44,571 nt of DNA, from positions 1 through 44,571 of the forward strand of contig NW_021834866.1 in NCBI RefSeq assembly GCF_006345805.1. Direction: 5' to 3'. This document shows positions 34,471-44,571 of this stretch, in pieces. The DNA comes from Octopus sinensis (taxonomy: Eukaryota). The position numbers and the translations under genes are program-made. Within the stretch, counting starts at the first letter, position 1; each line of letters begins with the position of its first letter. The notes under the pieces are model-generated. The model saw nothing but the letters and a program-made list of their open reading frames with translations. It ran no database searches and was not told where the DNA came from.

Positions 34471-34852
34471 TGATAAGTCTTCCCTCTGTTACGACGATGA
34501 GGGTTCCAGTTGATCCAATCAATGGAACAGCCAGATTGTGAAATTAACATGCATGTGGCTGAGTACTCCACAGACATGCACACCCTTAATACAGTTCCCA
34601 GGAAGATTCTGCATGACACAGAATGTGACAAGGCTGGCCTTTTGAAATACAGGTACTGCACAGTTTTGCCAGCTGAGTGGATTGGATTGACATTAAATAA
34701 AGTGTCTTGCTTAAGGACAAAATGCATCTCCAGGAATTGAACTTGTAACCTTGTGATTGTAAGCTAGATACCTGGCCACATGCTTTGTGCTGACAAGTAC
34801 AGCCTTAGAAAAACGCTGTCAATTTAAATATTTTTCCAGGGTACAAACAGTT

Positions 34853-35575
34853 CTTATTTCTTTATAGCCCATAAGGAGCTAAACATAGTGGGAACAGACA
34901 AAGGGATTAAGTTGATTACATCGACCCCAGTGTGCAACTGGTACCTAATTTATCGACCCCAAAAGATGAAAGGCGAAGTTGACCTCGGTGGAATTTGAAC
35001 TCAGAACATAACGGCAGACGAAAAACCTATTTTTTTACTACCCACAAGGGTCTACACACAGAGAGGACAAACAAGGACAGACAAACGGATTAAGTTGATT
35101 ATATCGACCCCAGTGCGTAACTGGTACTTAATTTATCGACCCCAAAAGGATGAAAGGCAAAGTCGACCTCGGCGGAATTTGAACTCAGAATGTAACGGCA
35201 GACAAAATACCGCTAAGCATTTCGCCCAGCGTGCTAATGTTTCTGCCAGTTCGCCGCCTTAACAGTTCTGTCAGTTAGCTGCCCTAGGGCGATTCCTTTT
35301 GGCACAGGGCCCGTTACCAGAAAGTAGTAGGTTAGTTGATAATTAATAATTTTTTTGATTAAAGGCACACAGCCTGAAATTTGTTGGGGAGGGGGTAAGT
35401 CGATTACATCGGACCCCAGTGTTTCACTGGTACTTAATTTATTGACCCTGAAAGGACGAAAGGTAAAGTCGACCTCGGTAGAATTTGAGCTCAGAACATA
35501 ACAATGGCCAAAATGCCACTAAGCATTTCAGCCACATGCTAATGAACTAATGATTCTGCCAGCTCACCATCTTAA
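34853..35575 (-). mobile_element. SINE family B: two tandem units plus head (34853-35262) and a further copy (35360-35575)
   Basis: Reverse complement matches to 11857-12429. Confidence 0.85.
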
Positions 35576-35910
35576 TCAATAATTAATAATAATGATAATA
35601 ATCTCACGAGAGATTTCCATTTGAAAAAAAAATAATATAAGTACAAAAAAAAATATATAGATTAAATAATAACAAGGATGGCATTGAAAATAATAATAAA
35701 AATAATGATAATGATAATAATAAATAATAATAATAATAATAAAAATAATAATAATAATATTAAAAATAATAATAATAATAATGATAATCATAATAATAAT
35801 AATAATAATAATACAAACAACACTGCTACTGCAACTAATAACAATAATAATAATAACGATATAATGATGACGATGGTAATAATAATGATGATGATAGAAA
35901 TAATAATAAT
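35575..35910. repeat. (AAT)n-rich microsatellite field; similar at 31945-32005, 32470-32600 and 32765-33237
   Basis: Direct reading. Confidence 0.95.
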
Positions 35911-36229
35911 AATGTTCTTGTCAGCATGAAGGGTGTAATACAAGGGAGTTGTGGTATTTCTTATATTATTAGGTATGTGTCATTGGTAAGAAGCGTGGGT
36001 GGGGTGCGGACATTATTAATTGAAAAGTGACACGTAAACAAGTGATAAATCTTTAAAATTAGTGAGTGTATATGCATGTGTGTGTGTGTGTGGAGGCTTT
36101 CATGTCTGTATGTGTTTGCAGCAATATATATACCATATATATATGCATGTATGTATATATATGTATATATATATATATATGTATATATATAGGTATATAT
36201 ATATGAATGTATATATATATATGAATGTG

Positions 36230-36260
<31 letters not shown>

Positions 36261-36412
36261 GTACATATATGTATGTATGTACATATATGTATATATAGAT
36301 ATGTATGTATATATATATATGTGTGTGTGTCTGTGTGTGTATATATGTATGCATATATGTATGTATATATGTATGCATATATGTATGCATATACATATGT
36401 ATATATGCATGC

Positions 36413-36452
<40 letters not shown>

Positions 36453-36489
36453 ATATATGTATGCATGTATATATATATGTGTGTATATA

Positions 36490-36531
<42 letters not shown>

Positions 36532-36860
36532 GGTATACCGTATACTTCATGTAATTATATATATATATATGTGTGTGTATATATTATATGCACACCCACA
36601 GACATACATCCCTATATACACTGTCATATTATAATGTATATATGTGTGCATGTGTATATATACATGTAAAAACATTGTTTTCCATATAAATGTGTGTGAA
36701 TGTACGCATATATTTCATATATATGGATATCTTCATAGATTCATATATATGTGTACTGATATGTGTGTGCGTGTGTGTTCATAAATATATGTATACATGT
36801 ACATATATATATATATTCACCTATATGTGTGTGTGAGTGTTTAAGAACACACACACACAC

Positions 36861-36895
<35 letters not shown>

Positions 36896-37194
36896 CATAC
36901 ATATGTAGAAACACAGATGCGTATGTATACATACACATATATTCTTCAATATAATGGTGCCGTTAAAATTGCTTATTTCACTTCCATTCTTTTGAAGAAT
37001 TAGCAGAACATTTGTTAATAATGTTTCTCATATATATAACTTTGACCATTTTTTTCCCCTGCCTGATTCTTTCTCAGAATTCATATTCTTTAATTAGTGC
37101 TGTTGTTTCCATTAATTCTGTCAAATATTAAAGTTATGGAAAAATTGATGATAATTGCCGTAGTAATTTTCAGTAAAAATATATCTTTTTAGCG

Positions 37195-37545
37195 CTAGGT
37201 TTTCCTGCAATGATCAGCAAGTTAGGCAGCAAGATTCCTCCAGTAGGTTTTTGTCAGCAGCTACTCTTGACCTTCCATTCCATGTAATATTGAATGTCTT
37301 CAGGTCATCTTGAAGTATCTGCTGCCAACTGATCTTCCACAAGCCCCTTAAGCGCCTTCCAATTTGTGGTACCCAAGTTGTGGCAGTTTTCAAGAGCTGT
37401 TGATCAGCTAGAATGAGACTGAGCCCAGCCAGGAAGGATCAGCACGCTTGCTACAATCTCTCCCAATGGTTGCGATCCTTCTCTTCTCAGAATCTCCGTG
37501 TTTGTGACTCAGTCCTTTCACCTCGGGGTCCTTCTGAGGCACCTT
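37195..37545 (-). mobile_element. Degenerate RTE-clade LINE C-terminal fragment
   Basis: Minus strand gives ...VTNTEILRREGSQPLGEIVA... and WVPQIGRRLRGLWKISWQQILQDDLKTFNITW, typical of RTE ORF ends. Frameshifted. Confidence 0.65.
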
Positions 37546-37562
37546 TAAAGGAATGAATTTTC

Positions 37563-37722
37563 TAGGTGTATGGGTGGTAAGCAGCTTGCTTCCCAGCCCC
37601 ATCGTTCTGGATTCAGTCTCACTGCGTGGCACCTTGTACAAGTGTCTTTTGCTATAGCCTCAGGCTGACCAAAACCTTGTGAATGAATGTGGTAGATGGA
37701 AACTGAAAGAAACCATCACATA

Positions 37723-37765
<43 letters not shown>

Positions 37766-39135
37766 ATGTTTAAATATTGTTTGATAAATTTGTTCAAAAT
37801 TTTACCCGTAATCCTCTCTGTTGCCGGGTATGATTTGCGTCTACGCAGAGGTTTGAAAAGTTAGGATTTACAAACCGTTAGATCTACATATGGATCTAGC
37901 AGTCTTTACGTCAGGATTATGAAGGCTGTCTCACTGAAGAAACTTGCCTTCAGCAAATATTTTTAGGCTGGAAATAGTTAGAAACCGTCGGTCTGGGATA
38001 TAGTTGAGATGGTAAATGTTTTTAATTTTCATTCCTTTCATGAATTTATCCCTTTTTTGTGTTCTAGCACAACGCTTTCCTATTTGGAAGCCCTTTATTG
38101 TATTTCTATATGAATAATATATAGTCTAATGACTAATTCGTCTTTTGTGCTAGGCCACTGGTAATAATAATTTATTATTACCCTATTTTATTATGTTTAT
38201 ATATATATGAGTGTGTCTTTGTGACAGCATTTCCCCCACCACCATCACCACTTCACAACAGATGCTATTGTGTTTACTTCTCTTTAACTTAGTGGTTTGG
38301 CAAAACAGACTGATAGAATAAGAACTAGGCTTTAAAAAAATAAGTCCTGGGTCGATTTGATTTACTTAAACCCTTCAAGGCAGTAATACATCATGGCCAC
38401 AGTCAGATAACTGAAACAAGTAAAGGATAAAAAAATCTTTCTTTACCATTCTCTTCCAAGTCTCTGACATGGATTGCAAAAGCCAAAATGATGGAAGTTA
38501 TACAGACAAATTTCACCTCAGTATCCATGTTCGAGGCCAACCAGATGGAATGCCCATGCTGCAACACAGCTTCTGCTTTTCCTCCATCCAAAGGGGCCAG
38601 GCTAGATAGGAGTGCATGGTGAGCCAGATGGAATCAGCACTTTCATAGCAACCATGACCTTGCTCTTCTCAGTTTCTCCTCATTTGTGGCATAATCATAG
38701 TTGCTATGAAAGTGCTGATTCCATCTCATGTATAAAAAATGTAATATACAAATAAATCTCTGTAAATATAAACCATCCGATTTTCTGAGTACCCCACCAT
38801 CATTTCTTCTAATTTAAAATACCGTGTACATCATCTCCAAACCTTCCAATAAATAAATATATATATATATATATATATTATATATTATACATACATAATA
38901 TATAGATATATTTATATAAATGGATGTGTGTGTGTATATGTTTGTCCCCCCGACATCGCTTGACAACCAATGCTGGTGTGTTTATGTCCCTGTAACTTAG
39001 CGGTTCGACAAAAGACGCCGATAGAATAAGTACTAGGCTTACAAAGAATAAGTCCTGGAGTCGATTTGCTTGACTAAAGGCAGTGCTCCAGCATGGCTAC
39101 AGTCAAATGATTGAAACAAGTAAAAGAGTAAGAGT
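37563..39135 (+). mobile_element. SINE family A fragments: 5' half 37563-37715, 3' halves 38205-38430 and 38925-39135
   Basis: Matches to 11361-11770. Confidence 0.7.
38626..38726. repeat. Perfect 27-bp inverted repeat with 47-nt spacer
   Basis: agatggaatcagcactttcatagcaac (38626-38652) and gttgctatgaaagtgctgattccatct (38700-38726) are exact reverse complements. Confidence 0.95.
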
Positions 39136-39364
39136 AATCACACAGCCATACATGCCCACCCCAACAAATTATTCAAATTTCAAAAAGAGGAAAACAACAG
39201 TCTAAATAGATAAAACACAACCGAGATCAATACCAATGCGTTTTGATATTTTGTTTGAACTTATATTGATTGTTGTTGCTTATTTAACCCCGGGACAGGC
39301 CTATGATCAAAGCTAGTTCAGCCTTGATATTCCCGTCTTTTTTCGTTTCATTTTTTATCTAGAC

Positions 39365-39980
39365 ATAGATGTAAGCATGCCTGTGTGACAAGAATTTCAC
39401 TTCCCATGGTTTCTGGTACAGTCAAGCTGCTGTGTGGCACCTGGGACATCTTCCATTACAGCTGTGGGTCAACCAATGCCTTGTGAGTGAATTTGGAAGA
39501 CGGAAACTGAAAGAAGCCCATTGTATACATATGGGTGCATGCATGCATATGTGAGGGTTGCTGAAAAGTTCCTGGCCTTGGGTAAAAATAAATAGAGGAG
39601 GATCAGTTAATTATTACAAATATTTCCCTCCCAGATTCACACACTTATTGCAGCGGTCCTTCAGTTTTTCTAAGCCCTGCAAAAGAACTCAGAAGGTTGG
39701 GCCCCCAACAAAGCCTGTTATGGTACACTTAAATCCAGGAAATTTTCAGCACCCCAGCATATGTATATGTATTTTTAGCATCTGTGTCCATACCCACCAC
39801 CACCACCATCACCTGAATACCTGCATTGGTTTGTTTACATCCCCATAACTCAGCAATTTGAAAAAGTATCAGTCTAGAAAAAAAAAAGTCCTGGGGTTGA
39901 TTTATTGGCTAAAACCCTTCAGTATGGTGCTCCAGAATAGCCACAGTCTGATGAACAAAATGAGTAAAAGATAAAAGAAT
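39365..39980 (+). mobile_element. Degenerate SINE family A split by a nested MITE
   Basis: 5' half about 39365-39530 and 3' half about 39780-39980. Confidence 0.65.
39549..39761. mobile_element. Tc1/mariner-type MITE, about 210 bp, TA-flanked
   Basis: gggttgctgaaaagttcctgg at the left end versus ccaggaaattttcagcacccc at the right end (19 of 21 complementary). TA at both ends. Confidence 0.65.
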
Positions 39981-40379
39981 ATACTTTTATATAGGACTGT
40001 CTTATCCAATTTCTCATTGTTTTTTAAATAGTAAGATGCTGTTTGGAGAAGATTTGACTGTTATATCTAGCAGTCTTGTTTTATGTAAATTAATATATGA
40101 ACAGAGAACAATTTTTCATTCATTTCTTTATCTCTGTTTATTTTTTGCTGTGATAGCATGGGTTAGATGAGTATATAATACTAAGGCAGTGTTTTACAGC
40201 TGGATGCTCTTCCTGATGCTAACCCTTGCCTGTTCTTCAAATGATTAGTTGATGGGGGAAATGACAACAATGACAACATTGCTCAATGATTTTTGGAGCA
40301 CTGCATACATAAACAAACATTCACACACACACACACACACTCACATACACATGCATGTTCACTTACACTCACACATATG

Positions 40380-40620
40380 GTAAGTGTTGCCTTCAGGTCT
40401 TAGAGCTCATAGGCCCAGTTACCCACTATCCATTGCATACATGTGACCAAGATCCCCCCCTGGATGAGATGCCAGCCCATCACAAGGTAACTCATTTACT
40501 GCTGAGTTGACTGAAGCAACATGAAATGAAGTGTTTTGCTCAAGAACACAATGTACCAACCCAGTCTGGAAATCAAAACCATGGTCTTGCAATTGTGACT
40601 GCAACACCCTAACCAACAGA
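40380..40620 (-). mobile_element. Degenerate tRNA-derived SINE of another family
   Basis: Reversed tRNA-like head and a block shared with 8780-8890 (gaaatgaagtgttttgctcaagaacacaa). Confidence 0.6.
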
Positions 40621-40804
40621 CCTGTTATGAGTAGGAAATTCTAAATCATAAGAATTATGTCAGCCAACATTTAATTTCTATTTCTATTCCTACAGTAACC
40701 AATTCCCTAGAGTTTAATCACTACTCCTTTCCAATAAATGATAGTCTTCTATAGAAAAAAAAACCAACTTCAGTTCTGTATTTAAGAGATGAGGAATTAT
40801 GTAC

Positions 40805-40936
40805 ATCATCATCATCATATCCTCGTTTAGTGTCCGCTTTCCATGCTAGCATGGGTTGGACGGTTCAACTGGGGTCTGGGAAGCCAGAAGGCTGCACCAG
40901 GCCCAGTTTGATCTGGCGATGTTTCTACGGCTGTTT
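40805..40936 (-). mobile_element. SINE family D 3' end, truncated by the palindrome
   Basis: gtccgctttccatgctagcatgggttggacggttcaactggggtctggg... Confidence 0.8.
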
Positions 40937-41175
40937 CTAAGGGACATGCTCAACTGGTTAAGGTCAAACAACTGACAAGCAAATCTGTGGCATTGAGCAG
41001 AATATTTGCTGTAGCCCATCTTTTATACCAAGAAAAAACAATGTACATGATAACACTTCCAATCATGTACATTGTTTTGTCTTGGTATAAAAGATGGGCT
41101 ACAGCAATATTTCTGTCAATACCACAGATTTGCTTGTCAGTTGTTTGACCTTAACCAGTTGAGCATGTCCCTTAG
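40937..41175. repeat. Long palindrome, arms 115 and 114 bp, 10-nt loop
   Basis: ctaagggacatgctcaactgg...gtacatgat (40937-41051), loop aacacttcca, then atcatgtac...gcatgtcccttag (41062-41175). About five differences between the arms. Confidence 0.95.
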
Positions 41176-41345
41176 TGGCTGAGGATATGTGCATCTCTGA
41201 TCACGAGCAGAAGTAGTGGGGGAGAATCATAGCCATGTGTTGAGAGGAATTCTTTGGGGTTTGAATAATTCACCTCTGGAAACATGGGGGGTTCTTTCAA
41301 CATCCTTAAACAACCCTTATTCAGGGACCTTTTGAGCGGGATATT
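41052..41345 (-). mobile_element. Probable 3' portion of a non-LTR retrotransposon starting in an (AAT)n tract
   Basis: The minus frame after the (AAT)n ends ...PLLLLVIRDAHILSH-stop, weakly like R4-clade C-termini. Its downstream region forms the right arm of the palindrome. Confidence 0.4.
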
Positions 41346-41385
41346 ATTATTATTATTATTGCTATTATTATTATTATTGCTATCA

Positions 41386-41575
41386 AGATGGTGAGCTGGC
41401 AGAATCGTTAGCATGCTGGACGAAATGCTAAGTGGTATTTCATCTGTCTTCATGCTCTGAGTTCAAATTCTGCTGAGGTCGACTTCGTCTTTCATCTTTT
41501 CAGCAGTGGTGGGTGGTGGTGATGAAATAAGTACCAGTTGTGTACTGGGGTCGATGTAATCAACATATCAAACAC
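41386..41575 (+). mobile_element. Degenerate SINE family B
   Basis: gatggtgagctggcagaatcgttagc...gagttcaaattc...aataagtaccagtt. Confidence 0.75.
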
Positions 41576-41614
41576 CTCCCTTGCAGTTGAAAGTCTTGCT
41601 CCGAACTTTAAGAC

Positions 41615-41885
41615 CACTATCATCATCATCATCATCTCCACCACCATCACAAGCACCACAACAATCATCATCATCATGACTACCATCACTACCACCACCA
41701 CCATGACCACCACCATCTACAACCACCACAACAATCATCATCATCATGACTACCACCACTACCACCACCATCTACAACCACCACAACAATCATCATCATC
41801 ATGACCACCACCATCATCATCATCATGACTACCATCACTACCACCACCATCTACAACCACCACAACAATCATCATCATCATCATG

Positions 41886-41919
<34 letters not shown>

Positions 41920-42465
41920 TATCAATCGCAAGTGACAAGAGCCGAAACAACCAGTACATTACCAACAACAACAAAAAAAAAGAACAGCAACAACAACAGG
42001 AATAACATCATCATTGCTACCACCACCACCAACACCACTACAACAACCGCCACCACCACCACCACCACAACAACAACAACAACAAAAATAACACAAAGTT
42101 CTCTTTTGATCACAATTCCTTTCAAGAAACCCACATGCAGGAGAGAGTTACAAATCAGTGCTGCTACTACTACTACTACTACTACTATACTACTACTACT
42201 ACTACTACTACTGCTGCTGCTGCTACCTCCGCTGCTACTGCTGCTGCTGCCCCTGCATTGTTTTTCATTATGTTCAGACTGGTATGTATGAAAAAAAAAA
42301 AGAAAAGGAAACCCTCTCCTCTCCCTCCGTCCCCCACCCCACTCCACCCCAAACGTACATACTTGAACCAAAGAAATACAAAAAAAGTAAAAGAAAAAGA
42401 AAAAAAAAGAAAATTTGGTCAACGGAATTATTCATAAGGTTGCTTGATGTTCAGAGGTGATGATG

Positions 42466-42497
<32 letters not shown>

Positions 42498-43329
42498 GGT
42501 AGTGTTGGTTGTAATGACGAGTGATGATGATGATGATAGTAATGATGATGGTGGTGGTGGTGACATGAGTGATGAGAATGATGGTGGTTGTGATGATGAT
42601 GATGATAATGATGGTGATTGTGATGCTGATGGTAGTGGTGGTGTTTATGATGAGTGATGACGATGGTGATGATGACGAGAGTGATGACGACTATGGTGAT
42701 GATGATGGTGGTCATGGGAACAAGTGATGACAATGGTGGTGGTGGTGGTGGTTATGATGATGAAAGTGATGACGGTGATGACAATGGTGATGATGATGAC
42801 GACAGTGATGATGATGATGATGATGGTGATGATGATGGTGGTCATGGGGACAAGTGATGACAATGGTGGTGGTGGTGGTTATGATGATGAAAGTGATGAC
42901 GGTGATGACAATGGTGATGATGATGACGACAGTGATGATGATGATGATGATGGTGATGATGATGGTGGTCATGGGGACAAGTGATGACAATGGTGGTGGT
43001 GGTTGTGATGATGAAAGTGATGACGGTGATGACAATGGTGATGATGATGATGACGACGACGACGGTGATGATGATGATGGTGATGATGATGGTGGTGGTG
43101 GTGGTGTTGGTTGTAATGCTGATGGTGATGGTGGTGGTGAAGGCGAGAGAGGGCTGTGGTGCCCTGGATATGGAGATGATGATGGTGACGACGACAACGG
43201 TGATGATGATGATGGTGATGATGATGGTGGTGGTGGTGGTAGTGGTGGCTGAGGTATATGTGATGGTGATGGTGGAGGTGATGCAAGGTGTTGTTGTTCT
43301 TGTTGGTGGTGGTAAAGGCAGTGGTGGTA

Positions 43330-43360
<31 letters not shown>
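41615..43360. repeat. Trinucleotide low-complexity field (CAC/CAT, CAA, TAC/TGC, GAT/GGT) with a 127-130-bp triplicated block
   Basis: catggg(a/g)acaagtgatgacaatgg starts at 42713, 42843 and 42970. Confidence 0.92.
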
Positions 43361-43361
<1 letters not shown>

Positions 43362-43469
43362 GTTCCTTACGGACATTCAGAAGAATTAAATATCAACTAC
43401 ATGCTGTGGTCATCATGTTGGAACAAAATAAATGTTGGTATGTATTAATTTTGAAAATAATCCTTTCTT

Positions 43470-43675
43470 CTGGAGGCATAAGGCCTAAAATTTTTAGGGA
43501 GGGAACTAATCGATTATATTGATCCCAGTGTTTCACTGGTACTTTATTTATTGACCCCAAAATGATGAAAGGCAAAGTCAACCCCGGCAGAATTTGAAAC
43601 CAGAACGCAGCAATGGGTAGAATACCAGTAAGCATTTTGTCCGATGTGCTAACGACTCTGCCAGCTCACTGCCTG
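43470..43675 (-). mobile_element. SINE family B with the alternative tail
   Basis: Reverse complement match including gatcccagtgtttcactggtac and gaaaggcaaagtcaacc. Confidence 0.75.
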
Positions 43676-43794
43676 TTAATTTATAAAATAATAAATTTAA
43701 TAAAATAAATTTGTCTTTACTAAGCTGGTGTTTAACCTAAATAAACAAAAAATTTTGATGGAAGATTTTGAAGAATTTAATAAAATAATTTTGT

Positions 43795-43955
43795 TTGGAG
43801 TGGCTGTGTGGTAAGTAGTTTGTTTACCAGCCACATGGTTCAGGGTTCCATCCCACTGCATAGCACTTTGGGCAAGTGTCTTCTACTATAGCCTCGGGCT
43901 GACCAAAGCCTTGTGAGTAGATTTCGTAGACAGAAACTGAAAGAAGCCCTTCGTA

Positions 43956-44001
<46 letters not shown>

Positions 44002-44125
44002 TGTATGTCTGTGTTTGTCCCACCAACATCATTTGAAAACCGATGCTGGTGTGTTTACATCCCCGTAACTTAGCAGTTTGGCAAAAGAGACCAATAGAAT
44101 AAGTACTGGGCTTACAAAAGAATAA
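43795..44125 (+). mobile_element. SINE family A
   Basis: ggagtggctgtgtggtaagtag head through aagtactgggcttacaaaagaataag. Confidence 0.85.
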
Positions 44126-44217
44126 GTACCAATTGAGTACTGGGGTCAATGTAATCAACTGTCCTCGCCCCTATCCCAAAATTTCAGACCTTGTGTCCAT
44201 AATAGAAAGGATTATTA

Positions 44218-44447
44218 ACTCTTTACTCTTTTACTTGTTTCAGTCATTTTGATTGTGGCCATGCTGGAGCACCACTTTTAGTTGAGCAAATCGACCCCGG
44301 GACTTATTCTTTGTAAGCCCAGTGCTTATTCTATCGGTCTCTTTTGCCGAACCGCTAAGTGACGGGGATGTAAACACATCAGCATCGATTGTCAAGCCGA
44401 TGTTGCAGGGACAAACACAGACACACAAACACCACACATGCATATAT

Positions 44448-44492
<45 letters not shown>

Positions 44493-44571
44493 TACAACAT
44501 ATACGGTCTTCTTTCAGTTTCCATCAACCAGATCCACTCACAAGGCATTGGTCGGCCGGGGCTATAGCAGA
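44218..44571 (-). mobile_element. SINE family A, cut by the window end
   Basis: Starts with the reversed tail actctttactcttttacttgtttcagtc. Lies inverted about 90 bp from the 43795 copy. Confidence 0.85.

Noticed and set aside
41492-43448. Poly-His, poly-Asp, poly-Thr and poly-Met ORFs
   Set aside because: Trinucleotide low-complexity DNA open in most frames, with no splice or homology support.

Overview
Eukaryotic, AT-rich, repeat-dense DNA. The tRNA-derived SINE families and microsatellite load resemble an Octopus genome; this is from recall, not a database search. No bacterial features and no CRISPR array. The only well-supported gene is on the minus strand: two RS-rich coding exons, 25452-25868 (417 nt) and 11165-11311 (147 nt), which splice in frame through canonical phase-2 junctions. 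The second exon ends in ...RRRPGSPSHLDKRRIT, the N-terminal half of the eMIC (enhancer of microexons) domain of SRRM3/SRRM4, so this is most likely the 3' part of the Srrm234 (Srrm2/3/4) locus, the regulator of neural microexons. I could not find the exon encoding the second half of eMIC (SARKRPIPY-like) in the window. Instead there are two candidate routes to an eMIC-less isoform: read-through of the donor into a stop, ATTAAA and GU-rich element (11100-11164), and an in-frame candidate alternative last exon (1977-2172). The introns hold a 2.6-kb 19-bp satellite with higher-order structure between diverged direct repeats, several minisatellites, three long fold-back hairpins, dozens of SINE copies, MITEs, and RTE, Dong/R4-like and Penelope-like retrotransposon relics. 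Most ORFs in the supplied track are microsatellite artefacts. Repeat boundaries are approximate; exon boundaries were read base by base.
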